DNA of 64,000 nucleotides, from IMG/VR virus record IMGVR_UViG_3300042886_000261, positions 1 through 64,000 of that record. One strand, given 5' to 3'. The position numbers and the translations under genes were made by a program. The stretch's first letter is position 1. Each line of letters opens with the position of its first letter. Of this stretch, positions 36,418 to 46,704 are shown one piece after another. Under the pieces are notes generated by a model. It was not told the DNA's origin. It saw nothing but the letters and a program-made list of their open reading frames with translations, and did not search any database. This DNA is from a virus.

Positions 36418-36780
36418 ATGAATAAAACAGAATTAGAAGAAGCTGCTGAAAGATATTACATAAACTGTATCCCATCAGATAGACATTCATTTATTAATGG
36501 TGCTTTATGGCAAGCTAAAAGAATGTATAGTGAGGCAGGATTTATTACTAACAATTTAATTATAAACACTATGGAAACAATTGACATAAAAGAACTATTA
36601 AAGTATTTAGTTCTAAACACTAACCAAAGCAGTCCTTTTCTCTCCCCTGAAATAACACATACCCTCGATCTTTATCCTTTATTAAATAAGATTGCAGAAC
36701 TAAGAGGTATGACTCCAGAAGAAAATGGAGAACAATACAACGCAATAGGTGATGAATTATTTCCACCTAAAATAATTTAA
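36418..36780 (+). CDS. Hypothetical protein (LEEAAE...WQAKRMYSE N-terminus, possibly chimeric)
   Basis: Stereotyped N-half fused to a segment with its own METIDI start. Confidence 0.5.
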   Translation: MNKTELEEAAERYYINCIPSDRHSFINGALWQAKRMYSEAGFITNNLIINTMETIDIKELLKYLVLNTNQSSPFLSPEITHTLDLYPLLNKIAELRGMTPEENGEQYNAIGDELFPPKII

Positions 36781-36886
36781 AAAGAAATAATTATGACTAC
36801 ACTAACATTATTAATAATTCATATAGGTTTTGTCTTATGGTTTTATGTAGGATATAGATTTGGTAAACAATTTAAAAAAAAATAGT

Positions 36887-37060
36887 ATGAAAAAAGAAAA
36901 TGTATTTGCTACAAGCTTATTTATATACATAGCATGTACTCAGTTATTTAGCATGCATTTTTGGTATTTATGGGCTCAACATCATGGGTTCTTAAGTACT
37001 GTATTTGTAGGTCCTATAGTAGCTGAGATTAAAGGATTCCTGTTTCCATTTTTTATTTAA
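36887..37060 (+). CDS. Small membrane protein
   Basis: Start MKKENVF; two hydrophobic segments. Confidence 0.5.
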   Translation: MKKENVFATSLFIYIACTQLFSMHFWYLWAQHHGFLSTVFVGPIVAEIKGFLFPFFI

Positions 37061-37063
37061 ACT

Positions 37064-37516
37064 ATGGAGTACACTAAAGATGATGTTATACAAGAGTTAA
37101 GAGATTTTTGTAATACACATAAAACCAAAGAAAGACATGTAACTGATAGGAGAAACTATTTAATTGCTATACTTTATTATGAATTTGCAATGGCAGAAAC
37201 AGAAATTGTTTCACACACAAATTTAACTAGTAGAAGTACAATTAATCATGCAAAAAGATCTGGGTATGAGTTATATATGACAAAAGATAAAGGTTATCTT
37301 GAAAACATTAAAGATTTAGTTATTAAGTATCCGTGTAAATTTAAAGATCTTAATGTAAAAACAAGAACATGTTTACCGTCAACAACAATGTCTGTATCAT
37401 TATCACATCCTAATATTATAATACTTAATAATTATATGAAAGCAAAAAATATTGACAATGTTGATGATGCAGTTAAAAAATTAATCATATCAGTCTTAAA
37501 GTTATGGGAAGAATAA
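37064..37516 (+). CDS. DNA-binding protein (DnaA C-terminal-like HTH)
   Basis: RH.TD.R.Y...L......E..I.......RSTINHA pattern. Confidence 0.55.
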   Translation: MEYTKDDVIQELRDFCNTHKTKERHVTDRRNYLIAILYYEFAMAETEIVSHTNLTSRSTINHAKRSGYELYMTKDKGYLENIKDLVIKYPCKFKDLNVKTRTCLPSTTMSVSLSHPNIIILNNYMKAKNIDNVDDAVKKLIISVLKLWEE

Positions 37517-37779
37517 AAGAAATATATATTGATTTAATTAATCAGTACGGACATGTGGATGATATTCCACTAGATGTTGAAATTGGAGATTATATAGCTA
37601 AAAAAAGAGAAAATGAAGAAGAAAGAGAAGAAAAGAGAGATCAGTGATATAAAAACTGCATGTTGTAATGCAGATTGGTATATAAGATCAAGAGGTAATT
37701 ACAGATGTGAAAAATGTGATGGTGACATTGCATTACAAATCCTATATTATGGTATGCTAATTAATGACTCTAAAAAAAA

Positions 37780-37974
37780 ATGAAGCATTTTCTAAAATAT
37801 CTTACAGTATGGATTAGTCAAAACTTGGCTATTCCATTCTGGACAATTGGACATTTACATCTTATGGTAAATGTTTATGAAGATATTATAGAAGTTATTG
37901 CATCATGTGGCATGAATTTAATAGTTGCCATAGGATTTATTATTGATTATATAGATCAGAGAAAAAACCGTTAA
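37780..37974 (+). CDS. Small membrane protein
   Basis: WISQNLAIPFW..GH.HL. Confidence 0.6.
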   Translation: MKHFLKYLTVWISQNLAIPFWTIGHLHLMVNVYEDIIEVIASCGMNLIVAIGFIIDYIDQRKNR

Positions 37975-37984
37975 CTTAAATAAT

Positions 37985-38212
37985 ATGGGTTTACAGGAAG
38001 AATGGAATGAAAGAAGAAATACTGTAAAGATGCATAATCAAGTGGTTAAAAAGAATATTGTAAAAAAAAATATTATTATTAATCAGACTGATTTAGATAA
38101 ATGTTTTATACATTTAGGCTGGAAAAACACAACTGATGCTTTTTATAATCTTGATTACACACCTTTTATGGGAGTTCTTAATGATTATATGGCAAAGTTG
38201 ATTAAAAAATAA
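37985..38212 (+). CDS. Hypothetical protein
   Basis: 75 aa. Confidence 0.5.
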   Translation: MGLQEEWNERRNTVKMHNQVVKKNIVKKNIIINQTDLDKCFIHLGWKNTTDAFYNLDYTPFMGVLNDYMAKLIKK

Positions 38213-38519
38213 ATATTATGAAAACATCATTAGTTATCACATGTATAGTAATTTGTATTATTTATTATCAAATTAGAAACAGTGATTGATATGGAAGATT
38301 TATATGGAATTGAGTTAATGTTAAAATGGATTAAGTATAAAGTGACAAATAAAACAAGTATGCTAAGAAAAAGAAAAATAATAAAAAAGTCACCTATAAA
38401 TAATTCTATGATAATTAAAAAGCATAATCATAGAAAATTATATAGAGAATACATAGAAAAGAAAGCAAGCACAGGATTTTACACACAAACAATTAATTAT
38501 TAACTTGGTCAGTAGTAAT

Positions 38520-38726
38520 ATGAAGACAAAATATAAAATATTAAAATCACAGTACTCATATGGTGGGTATTTTGTACAAACTAAAGAAGGCTTTTTTGGC
38601 TTTTGGAGATATAGTAAAGATCCACAAGGATTTATTATATTATTCTCAACAGCAATGGAGGCTGAAGACTATATTGATAACATAATAGAAGAAAAATTAA
38701 AAAATGAAGCAGCAAGAACTAACTGA
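38520..38726 (+). CDS. Hypothetical protein (start MKTKYKI)
   Basis: Y.VQ.K..FFGFW pattern. Confidence 0.55.
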   Translation: MKTKYKILKSQYSYGGYFVQTKEGFFGFWRYSKDPQGFIILFSTAMEAEDYIDNIIEEKLKNEAARTN

Positions 38727-38961
38727 AGCAGGATTTGATAAAGTAATTGTTACTAAGGAAGAATCTGGTGATAAAAATGATTATTACTATTACTCATATG
38801 AAATAAACTCTGATGTAATACTGATATCAAATGAAAGTGATGAGATAAATAATAATCAGTGGAAAGTATATGAGCACTCTTGGGGTGTTGCTATGACAGA
38901 TATTGAAGATGTAGTATTACTTATTGACTTATTTAAAAAGTGGAGTAAAATACCATTATAA
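38704..38961 (+). CDS. Hypothetical protein
   Basis: 85 aa, EL..AGF motif. Confidence 0.6.
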   Translation: MKQQELTEAGFDKVIVTKEESGDKNDYYYYSYEINSDVILISNESDEINNNQWKVYEHSWGVAMTDIEDVVLLIDLFKKWSKIPL

Positions 38962-38980
38962 CCTTTAAAACAAAACCAAT

Positions 38981-39367
38981 ATGTTTAGCGCAAAATTTAT
39001 TAAGAAAAATGGAAAACTCACCTACAAAACTGAAAAGGAAAGTTTAGCTTATGCTGAATTTGTAAAATTAGTAGAAGAAGATGAGGAATTAGAAATGTTT
39101 ATTAGCATTCAAGGTAAATCTGGATCTTATGCACAAATCTCAAAAATACATGTATGTATTAGAGAAATGGCAAAAGAATCAGGATATACATTTGATGAAA
39201 TGAAAAAACTTGTCAAAACACAAGCAGGATTATGCTTTGATGTAAATGATGAAGGTAGAAAGCTTGAGATGTGCAAATCATTTGCTGAGTGTTCAAGTGA
39301 TGAGCTATCCCAAGCTGTTCAAGCATGTATAGAAATAGGAGCAGAGTACAATATTAATCTAGCGTAG
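38981..39367 (+). CDS. NinB/DUF1367-like protein
   Basis: S.AQ...IH..IRE.A.E.GYT.DEMK...KSFA.CS..EL. Confidence 0.55.
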   Translation: MFSAKFIKKNGKLTYKTEKESLAYAEFVKLVEEDEELEMFISIQGKSGSYAQISKIHVCIREMAKESGYTFDEMKKLVKTQAGLCFDVNDEGRKLEMCKSFAECSSDELSQAVQACIEIGAEYNINLA

Positions 39368-39674
39368 GTTCTACATAACCTTCATCTCCTGGTTCAAGAA
39401 CTTCTTTCTCATCAAAAAGATTTTGCTCTACAGAAAGTCTTTCAATTTCAGCTATCATTAAAGTAACAGTGTAAAAAGATTGCTCAACTTGAGACATCTT
39501 TGAGTAATCTGCAGCTTTAATAGTTTCAAATGACTTTTCAGAAGCTTCTGGACCAGCCAATTGAATTTGATTGTATAAGTAAAACAAGTTATTCTTTAAC
39601 ATAAAGTAATATGCTTTGTTTACTGGGACACTGATTTGAGCATCATCTTTTAATTCTTTTACTTTTATAGCCAT
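39354..39674 (-). CDS. Hypothetical protein (lone minus-strand gene in early block)
   Basis: 106 aa filling the gap between 39367 and 39695; normal composition. Confidence 0.65.
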   Translation of the reverse strand: MAIKVKELKDDAQISVPVNKAYYFMLKNNLFYLYNQIQLAGPEASEKSFETIKAADYSKMSQVEQSFYTVTLMIAEIERLSVEQNLFDEKEVLEPGDEGYVEPTLD

Positions 39675-39694
39675 GGCTTAAAATTTTAATTAGT

Positions 39695-40408
39695 ATGACA
39701 ACAAATATAAACATAAATGAAATAAAAGAAAAATTAAACGCAAAATTAATTGAATCAGGATGGGCAAGAGTTCTCAGAGGGTTTATATTTAGTAGTGAGT
39801 TTGATACTATTTTATTGACATTGATAAAAGATTCACAGGAAGATAGACGGTTTACTCCATTTATGAAGTATGTGTTTAGAGCATTTGAAGAATGTCCATA
39901 TGATGAACTCAAGGTAGTGATAATTGGACAAGATCCATATTCTGGAATTGAACAAGCTGATGGACTTGCTTTCTCATGTGCTTTTGAAAAGAAACCATTA
40001 CCAGCATTGGAATATTTATTACAAGCTGTTAATGATACTGTATATGAGTCTGAGAGCATTTCTAATGACAAAGACTTAAAGAGATGGAGTAACCAAGGTA
40101 TTCTAATGCTAAATAGTGCCCTTACTACAACAATAGGCAAACCAAATTCACATATAGAATTATGGAGACCAATGATGGCATATGTATTAGATTACCTTAA
40201 AATCTACAATCCTGGATTATGTTATATTTTGATGGGAAGAACTTCAGAACAGTTAATTGATTACTTATCTGAAAAAGATCCTTTATTTATTTTAACACAT
40301 CCTATGAATGCTATATCTTTAGGTAAAAAGAAATGGCCATGTGATGATGTATTTAGAAAAGTATCTGAGATTACAAAAAAGAATTATAATTTTGATATAA
40401 AGTGGTAA
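39695..40408 (+). CDS. ung: Uracil-DNA glycosylase (family 1)
   Basis: KVVIIGQDPY, ADGLAFS, WSNQGILMLNSALT, HP motif. Confidence 0.93.
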   Translation: MTTNININEIKEKLNAKLIESGWARVLRGFIFSSEFDTILLTLIKDSQEDRRFTPFMKYVFRAFEECPYDELKVVIIGQDPYSGIEQADGLAFSCAFEKKPLPALEYLLQAVNDTVYESESISNDKDLKRWSNQGILMLNSALTTTIGKPNSHIELWRPMMAYVLDYLKIYNPGLCYILMGRTSEQLIDYLSEKDPLFILTHPMNAISLGKKKWPCDDVFRKVSEITKKNYNFDIKW

Positions 40409-40409
40409 T

Positions 40410-41000
40410 ATGGATGAAATTTTTAATTTATTAATAAAGAAACAGTTGAGTCCAAATCAATTGTATATACTCTATTGTATTAAGCATAAAATTAAAACTA
40501 ATGATTTTATTAATGATGCATTAGAGGTAAAACGCTTACAGTCAACAGACTGGTTAGAAGCTGATATGAAACTAGCAGGTAAGGCAATAATTCTTTTACA
40601 AGAACTAGAATCTTATTTTAAGAATAGTAAGAAAAAAACAAGTACAACATTGATGGGTGATAATTTTATGGAAAATATTGATGTTTATTTAGATATTTTT
40701 CCTAAATTTAAGCTACCAAGTGGTAAATATGCAAGGTCAGATAAAAAGAATCTAGAGAATAACTTCAGATGGTTTTTTGAATCACATACTTATACATGGG
40801 AAACAGTAATTAATGCTACAAAGACATATGTTGATGAGTATGAAGCAACAGGATATAAGTATATGAGAACATCTCAATACTTTATTAGAAAACAAGGCTC
40901 AGATAAAACTTATGATTCTGAATTAGCAAATTATTGTGATATGTTATTAAATGGGTCAGATGATCCGTCACAAACACATTTTAAAGAAAAAGTAGTATAA
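40410..41000 (+). CDS. Replication protein upstream of DnaB (candidate initiator/loader)
   Basis: F...FP...P.G...R...ATK.Y....E...Y.YM pattern; synteny with DnaB. Confidence 0.5.
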   Translation: MDEIFNLLIKKQLSPNQLYILYCIKHKIKTNDFINDALEVKRLQSTDWLEADMKLAGKAIILLQELESYFKNSKKKTSTTLMGDNFMENIDVYLDIFPKFKLPSGKYARSDKKNLENNFRWFFESHTYTWETVINATKTYVDEYEATGYKYMRTSQYFIRKQGSDKTYDSELANYCDMLLNGSDDPSQTHFKEKVV

Positions 41001-41176
41001 TGTATAAATTACCCAAATTAATACTAGGGTGTTGTGCCATAGTAGGAATTCTATTAGGTTATTTAGTAATTAATACATTTGTTATTTCTATTACTGCAAT
41101 TCAGTTTATTGTAGTTGAAGTAGTGATTAGTGTATTACATGCTACATATAATAGAGTAAAAGTAAAAATTATTTAA
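41000..41176 (+). CDS. Small two-TM membrane protein (58 aa)
   Basis: Not in track; MYKLPKLILGCCAIVGILLGYLV... Confidence 0.55.
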   Translation: MYKLPKLILGCCAIVGILLGYLVINTFVISITAIQFIVVEVVISVLHATYNRVKVKII

Positions 41177-41185
41177 TTATTGTAT

Positions 41186-42190
41186 ATGGCACTTAAGCAA
41201 ACAGTTAATTCTAAGTGGGTTAGCCAAAAAGAAGGTTTTCAGGAATCATTACATTATTTAAAAGGCAGAATGGTAGGTGAGATTAAAAGTCTTAGAACAC
41301 CGTGGCCTAAGTTTAATGATGCAATGACTGATGGTATTGAATGGAATACTATGACTGTAATTGGAGGAAGACCTGCAAGTGGTAAAACTTTAATTGTTGA
41401 GCAGATAGTAAGGGAATCTTTTATTCTTAATCCCGCAGAAGATTTTAGAGTTTTACAGTTTCAATTTGAAATGTTAGCTAGGTCATCTGCAATTAGAGAG
41501 TATTCAAGTATTATTGGTAAGTCATATAAGTATTTATGTAGTGCAGATGGTCAATTATCAACTGAAGATCTACAAAAATGCTATGATTATGCAAAGCAAA
41601 AGATTAAGTATCCCATTGATATAGTAGAAAAACCATGTACAGTAGATGAATTTATCAGAACTATACATGAGTATATGTCACATCATTCTGAAGTAGATGA
41701 AGAAGGTAAAAGGAAATATAAAAAGACTTTAATTTCCCTAGATCACTCCCTACTTGTAAAAAAAGCACAAACTGAAAGAGATAAAAATGAAACTTTAAAT
41801 AACCTTGGTGAAGCATTAACAAATCTTAAAAGAGTTTACCCGATAGCATTCATTATATTAAGTCAATTAAACAGAAATATAGATAATCCTGAGAGATCAG
41901 AAGATGGAAAGTATGGTAATTATGTATTAGAATCAGATATATTTGGTGCTGATGCTTTACTACAACATGCAGATACTGTAATTGGTATCAATAGACCTGC
42001 TAAACAAAAAATCAGATTCTATGGTCCTGATAGATATATAATAGAAAATGATAGGGTAATGGTATTACACTTTCTTAAATGTAGAAATGGTGATACTAGA
42101 TTAAGTTTCTTTAAAGCTGAGTTTGAAAGAATGAGTATAGCAGAAATGAATACTCCAGCACAACAAGAAAAAAGAATTGGAACCAAATAA
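41186..42190 (+). CDS. dnaB: DnaB-like replicative helicase
   Basis: GGRPASGKT, FQFEM, ISLDH, ILSQLNR, LKCRNG. Confidence 0.92.
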   Translation: MALKQTVNSKWVSQKEGFQESLHYLKGRMVGEIKSLRTPWPKFNDAMTDGIEWNTMTVIGGRPASGKTLIVEQIVRESFILNPAEDFRVLQFQFEMLARSSAIREYSSIIGKSYKYLCSADGQLSTEDLQKCYDYAKQKIKYPIDIVEKPCTVDEFIRTIHEYMSHHSEVDEEGKRKYKKTLISLDHSLLVKKAQTERDKNETLNNLGEALTNLKRVYPIAFIILSQLNRNIDNPERSEDGKYGNYVLESDIFGADALLQHADTVIGINRPAKQKIRFYGPDRYIIENDRVMVLHFLKCRNGDTRLSFFKAEFERMSIAEMNTPAQQEKRIGTK

Positions 42191-42197
42191 TTAATAT

Positions 42198-42749
42198 ATG
42201 GCATTAACAACAAAAGATAGCAGCAGTGCTAGTTTTAACAGAAAAGAAAAAACTGAAGAGATGGTGAAGTACCATCAAAAAGTATTTGACGCATTAGGTG
42301 TAAGTAGTCCACTATATATTCCTAAATGTGCTTATAGACCATATGGTAAAGATGATTTATATATGGGATTCTTTAAGAGTGAATTATCAAGAGGAGAAGA
42401 CATCTATACTGAATACGTAAGTATTACACTAGAGTCTGAAGACCCAACAAGAACACTGTATAAATGGAGTTATAATTCATTTTATGATGAGGAGTATGAA
42501 ACTACAGATCCTAATGCAAATGGGCATGTAAGATATCTGATTCCTGTATCTGAACTGACAGCAATTAAAACTGAAACTAAAACTGAAACTAAGAATACTG
42601 AAACGCAAGGGTTATTTCCTGATTTTGATGATTTAATGGATTCAGATTTAGATGCTCCTTTAAGCAGTTTAACTGTAAGGGATCTAGCTGCCATTCTATT
42701 ACAGAAGCCAGTAAGTAATAAAAAATGGTTAAATGATTTAATAAAATGA
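42198..42749 (+). CDS. Conserved hypothetical replication-region protein
   Basis: LTVRDLAAILLQKPVS.K.WLN C-terminus. Confidence 0.65.
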   Translation: MALTTKDSSSASFNRKEKTEEMVKYHQKVFDALGVSSPLYIPKCAYRPYGKDDLYMGFFKSELSRGEDIYTEYVSITLESEDPTRTLYKWSYNSFYDEEYETTDPNANGHVRYLIPVSELTAIKTETKTETKNTETQGLFPDFDDLMDSDLDAPLSSLTVRDLAAILLQKPVSNKKWLNDLIK

Positions 42750-42753
42750 AAGT

Positions 42754-43482
42754 ATGAGTGAAGGATTAGTATTGCCCACTAAGAAAGTGAGTGCAACAAG
42801 AGTCAATCCAAAAAGATTAATTATTTATTCTAAGCCAAAGACAGGTAAAACTACTGCATTTGCTGGTCTAGAAGATAATTTAATTATTGATTTGGAGAAT
42901 GGGACTGATTATGTAGATGCATTAAAGGTTAAAGCAAGTAATCTTAAAGAGTTGCTAGCAATTGGTAAACAAGTAGTTGAAGCTGGTAAACCTTATAAGT
43001 TTATTACTATTGATACTGTAACTGCATTAGAAGAAATGGTAATGCCATTAGCTGTCAAAAAGTATAAAGCCACTAGTATGGGTAAAAACTTTGATGGAGA
43101 TAATGTAATTACTTTACCAAATGGAGCTGGTTATTTATATGTAAGAGAAGCATTCTTTGATGTTTTAAACTATGTAGACACATTAGCTGACCATATTATT
43201 CTATCTGGGCATATCAAAGATAAGCAAGTAGATGATAAAGGTGAAATGGTTATGTCTGCTAATATAGATTTAACTGGTAAGATCAAGTCTTTAATCTGTG
43301 CTAATGCTGATGCAATTGGTTATATGTTTAGAAAAGGTAATCAAGTATTCTTATCATTTAAAACTAATGAAGAGACAACTTGTGGTGCAAGACCTGAGCA
43401 TTTAAGAAATGCAGAAATAGTTATTAGTGAAGCTAATGACAAAGGAGAAATAGTTACTCACTGGGATGAGATATATAAATAA
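42754..43482 (+). CDS. AAA ATPase (Sak4/AAA_24-like recombination protein)
   Basis: YSKPKTGKTT, IIDLENG, ITIDTV, DAIGYM. Confidence 0.85.
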   Translation: MSEGLVLPTKKVSATRVNPKRLIIYSKPKTGKTTAFAGLEDNLIIDLENGTDYVDALKVKASNLKELLAIGKQVVEAGKPYKFITIDTVTALEEMVMPLAVKKYKATSMGKNFDGDNVITLPNGAGYLYVREAFFDVLNYVDTLADHIILSGHIKDKQVDDKGEMVMSANIDLTGKIKSLICANADAIGYMFRKGNQVFLSFKTNEETTCGARPEHLRNAEIVISEANDKGEIVTHWDEIYK

Positions 43483-43501
43483 TAAATAAAAAATAAGAAA
43501 A

Positions 43502-44182
43502 ATGGCAATTGGAACAAAAGATGTAGGAACAGGTGGAAGTGGAATACCAAAAACAATTACTCCAGGTAATCACAAATTAAAACTTAATAGTTTAGTAGGT
43601 GAAGATTTTAAATTTATCCCAGGTGGTATAAGTTTAATACTTAATGTTGAGACTGAGCCTCTTGAAGGATTTGAAGGATTCATGTTAGATAAAGAAAATC
43701 CAGATGCTGGTCATTATAAAGGTCAAATTGGTAGAGTAAAATCTGGTCAATATGCATTTGCAGATGGAGTAACTAAATCAGGTGTACAAATCTCTAGAGA
43801 TAATAGTATATTAGTATTTATTAAATCATTATGTACTACATTAGACATAGTAGATTGGTTTGATGCTCAAGATAATAAGCACAATACAATTGAAGAGTTT
43901 ATCACTGCATTTGATAAAACAGCACCTTATCAAGATAAGTATTTAGATTTCTGTATTGCAGGAAAAGAATATGAAGGTAAAACAGGTTATACAAATTATG
44001 ACTTATATTTGCCAAAATCTTCTAGAGATGGTTTTGCATATGCTAAACTTGGATCTGGTAAACAGTTACTATATTCTGAAGCTCTACATCTTAAAAAATT
44101 AGAAGCTAAGAAAGTAGAAGCATTTGGTGAAGATGATTTTGAGGTATCAACTAAGGTTGGCTCAGACTTTGATTTAGACTAA
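43502..44182 (+). CDS. SSB-like protein
   Basis: Follows Sak4-like ATPase; I.PG.H motif, acidic tail GSDFDLD; terminator at 44192-44222. Confidence 0.6.
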   Translation: MAIGTKDVGTGGSGIPKTITPGNHKLKLNSLVGEDFKFIPGGISLILNVETEPLEGFEGFMLDKENPDAGHYKGQIGRVKSGQYAFADGVTKSGVQISRDNSILVFIKSLCTTLDIVDWFDAQDNKHNTIEEFITAFDKTAPYQDKYLDFCIAGKEYEGKTGYTNYDLYLPKSSRDGFAYAKLGSGKQLLYSEALHLKKLEAKKVEAFGEDDFEVSTKVGSDFDLD

Positions 44183-44239
44183 CAATAGTTTAAAGGGGAG
44201 TCAGGAAATGGGCTCCCTTTTTAATTAAAGTTAAAAGAT

Positions 44240-45226
44240 ATGATTTCAACTAAAAATGTGATTAGATTCCAGGATGTACCAACAATCTGGATTTTTGAGA
44301 ATTACTTAAATCTTACTGAAAAATTAGACGGACAGCAGATAAAAATTAAATCTGTATTTAAAACTGAAAAGACTCCATCAATGATTATTTATATGGATGC
44401 TGCAACAATGACATATAAGTTTAAAGATTTTTCATCAGGTTATGGAGGAGACTCTATAGCATTAGTACAATATATATTTGGTATTAAAGATAGAGGAGTG
44501 GTTTCTTATAAGATAGTTAATGACTATGTTAAATACTTAGATGATCATAAATCTTACAAAGCTCCTGAAATTAAAACTTATGAGAACTATAAAGTAACTG
44601 ATTATACTATTAGGCATTGGTCTAACTTTGATCAGAAATACTGGGGACAATATCATATTGGTTCTAAGATGCTAGAAATATATAATGTATCTGCATTAGA
44701 GTATTATAAGATGACCAGACTTGAACTTAATGGTACTACATCTGAAATTATTATTACAGGTTTAAATCTGTATGGTTATTTCAAAAAAGATGGCACATTG
44801 TATAAGATTTATCAGCCTAAGAATATGAATAAGAAATTCTTAAAGTTAGGTAATCATATACAAGGGTCACAACAACTATCACTTACAGTAGATTATTTAG
44901 TTATTACTTCTTCATTAAAAGATATAATGGCTTTTAATAAGCTTGGCTTTAAAGATATAGAGTGTATTGCTCCGGATAGTGAAAATACTATGATTAAAGA
45001 GCAAAACATAAATAAACTTAAAGAGAAATATAAAAAGATATGTGTACTATTTGATAATGATGAAGCAGGTATTAATTCTATGAAGAAATATAAAGAAAGA
45101 TATAATCTTGATTTTATTATTCTTGATATGGAGAAAGATGTATCAGATTCTATTAAAGTGCACGGTATTGAAAAAGTAAAAGAAGAAGTATTAAAATTAC
45201 TTAATGAAACATTATATGAAAGGTAA
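44240..45226 (+). CDS. dnaG: DNA primase (Toprim)
   Basis: EKTPS, FKDFSSG.GGD, ITSSLKD, LFDNDEAG, KDVSD. Confidence 0.85.
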   Translation: MISTKNVIRFQDVPTIWIFENYLNLTEKLDGQQIKIKSVFKTEKTPSMIIYMDAATMTYKFKDFSSGYGGDSIALVQYIFGIKDRGVVSYKIVNDYVKYLDDHKSYKAPEIKTYENYKVTDYTIRHWSNFDQKYWGQYHIGSKMLEIYNVSALEYYKMTRLELNGTTSEIIITGLNLYGYFKKDGTLYKIYQPKNMNKKFLKLGNHIQGSQQLSLTVDYLVITSSLKDIMAFNKLGFKDIECIAPDSENTMIKEQNINKLKEKYKKICVLFDNDEAGINSMKKYKERYNLDFIILDMEKDVSDSIKVHGIEKVKEEVLKLLNETLYER

Positions 45227-45449
45227 GATTAAAATAAATTATGAGTTTGATGAAAAGTCACCAGAAAAATTTACTACAAGTTTAAAGATACATGGAGTTA
45301 CTCCTGCACATCTTATACATGCAGTAGTATTATTAATAGAGACTATTGAGAAAGAAGGTGGTATCAATGTAAAAGAAACATTAACTGAGGTATTCTCAGG
45401 TAAATTTATACAAGAACGTAACAGTATTATACCACAGGGTGATGCTTAA
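45218..45449 (+). CDS. Hypothetical protein
   Basis: Likely start MKGKIK; track ORF 45204..45449. Confidence 0.5.
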
Positions 45450-45460
45450 ATTTTAAAATT

Positions 45461-45880
45461 ATGAGTTGGATATACAAGGGTAAAATTTTTACTGAAGATA
45501 TGATTCCTGAAAATGCAATAGGTTTTATTTATAATATGACTGCAATAATAGACGGAAAATCAATTAGTTATATTGGTAAAAAGAATTTTTATGCAGATAT
45601 TAAAACAAAACTGAGTAAGAAGGCTATGCCAACTGATAAGAGATTAAAGACATATAAAAGAGTAAAGAAAGCTACTTATCAAAATTATTACAGTAGCAAT
45701 GAAGTACTGAAAAAAGCACACAAAGACAATATAAAAATTAAAAGAGATATACTAATGATATGTACTACTAAATTAGAATTGTCATACCAAGAAACTAAAC
45801 ATCAATTTGTATTAGGAGTACTTGAGTCTGATAAATATTTAAACGGTAATATACTGGGACGTTTCTATAAATTTAAATAA
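45461..45880 (+). CDS. GIY-YIG endonuclease
   Basis: GFIY...YIGKK, Y.SS, E...Q, YLN.NI. Confidence 0.8.
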   Translation: MSWIYKGKIFTEDMIPENAIGFIYNMTAIIDGKSISYIGKKNFYADIKTKLSKKAMPTDKRLKTYKRVKKATYQNYYSSNEVLKKAHKDNIKIKRDILMICTTKLELSYQETKHQFVLGVLESDKYLNGNILGRFYKFK

Positions 45881-45904
45881 TATAAGTTTAAATAATAAAA
45901 AGTT

Positions 45905-46297
45905 ATGGATAAAAATAGTTTAGAAAAAATAATGTTTGGCTTAGTCAGTCATGGTATTAAAAAAGTTGTAGTACATTATGAAGGTGGTGGAGATAGTGGA
46001 GCAATTGAATATGTTAATGCTACTCAAGATCCATATATAGATTATGATGAATTAGAAAATTGGGATCAAGAATACTTATTAAATGATATTGATAGTGGAT
46101 TAAGTACTTTAATTGAAGATTACTGTCAAGAGATGTTATTAAATGATATAGAAGACTGGTGGAATAATGAAGGTGGCCGTGGTTATGTTCATATTGATGT
46201 AGAACTTGGTACATATACAATTAATAATAGTATCAGAATTGCTGATTGGGAAGAATATACTCATGAAGGTAGTTTAAAAGATAAAAATAAAAAATAA
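45905..46297 (+). CDS. DUF6878-like protein
   Basis: GI..V.V.Y.GGGDSGAIE...DWWNNEGG.G. Confidence 0.75.
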   Translation: MDKNSLEKIMFGLVSHGIKKVVVHYEGGGDSGAIEYVNATQDPYIDYDELENWDQEYLLNDIDSGLSTLIEDYCQEMLLNDIEDWWNNEGGRGYVHIDVELGTYTINNSIRIADWEEYTHEGSLKDKNKK

Positions 46298-46302
46298 TAA
46301 CT

Positions 46303-46704
46303 ATGGAAGAATTAAAAATGACAAGCCTCTTACTTAAATTGGCTGACCGTGGTATTACAGGTATTAAAGTACAATATAATGGTGAAGGAGACTCAGGTGC
46401 TATAGACTGGATTGGTTATACAAATGAGCCTTGTGCAAGTACAGCAGATGTATTTAATAATATTGATGCTTGGGACAATAATAATAATGCTTTAGAAGAT
46501 AAAGAATTATATGACTCAATTGAAGATTTTGCACAATCTAAAATTCTTGATGATATAGAAGATTGGAGAACTGATGAAGGTGGTTTTGGTAACTTATGTA
46601 TACTTGTTCCTTCAGGAAATTATAGTATAAACAATTATATAAGAATCATTGAACTTGTAGCTTATCATCATGAAGGTAATTTAATTGATAAAAGTTTAGA
46701 ATAA
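46303..46704 (+). CDS. DUF6878-like protein (tandem paralog)
   Basis: Y.G.GDSGAID...IEDW..DEGGFG; same C-terminal HEG.L.DK. Confidence 0.75.
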   Translation: MEELKMTSLLLKLADRGITGIKVQYNGEGDSGAIDWIGYTNEPCASTADVFNNIDAWDNNNNALEDKELYDSIEDFAQSKILDDIEDWRTDEGGFGNLCILVPSGNYSINNYIRIIELVAYHHEGNLIDKSLE

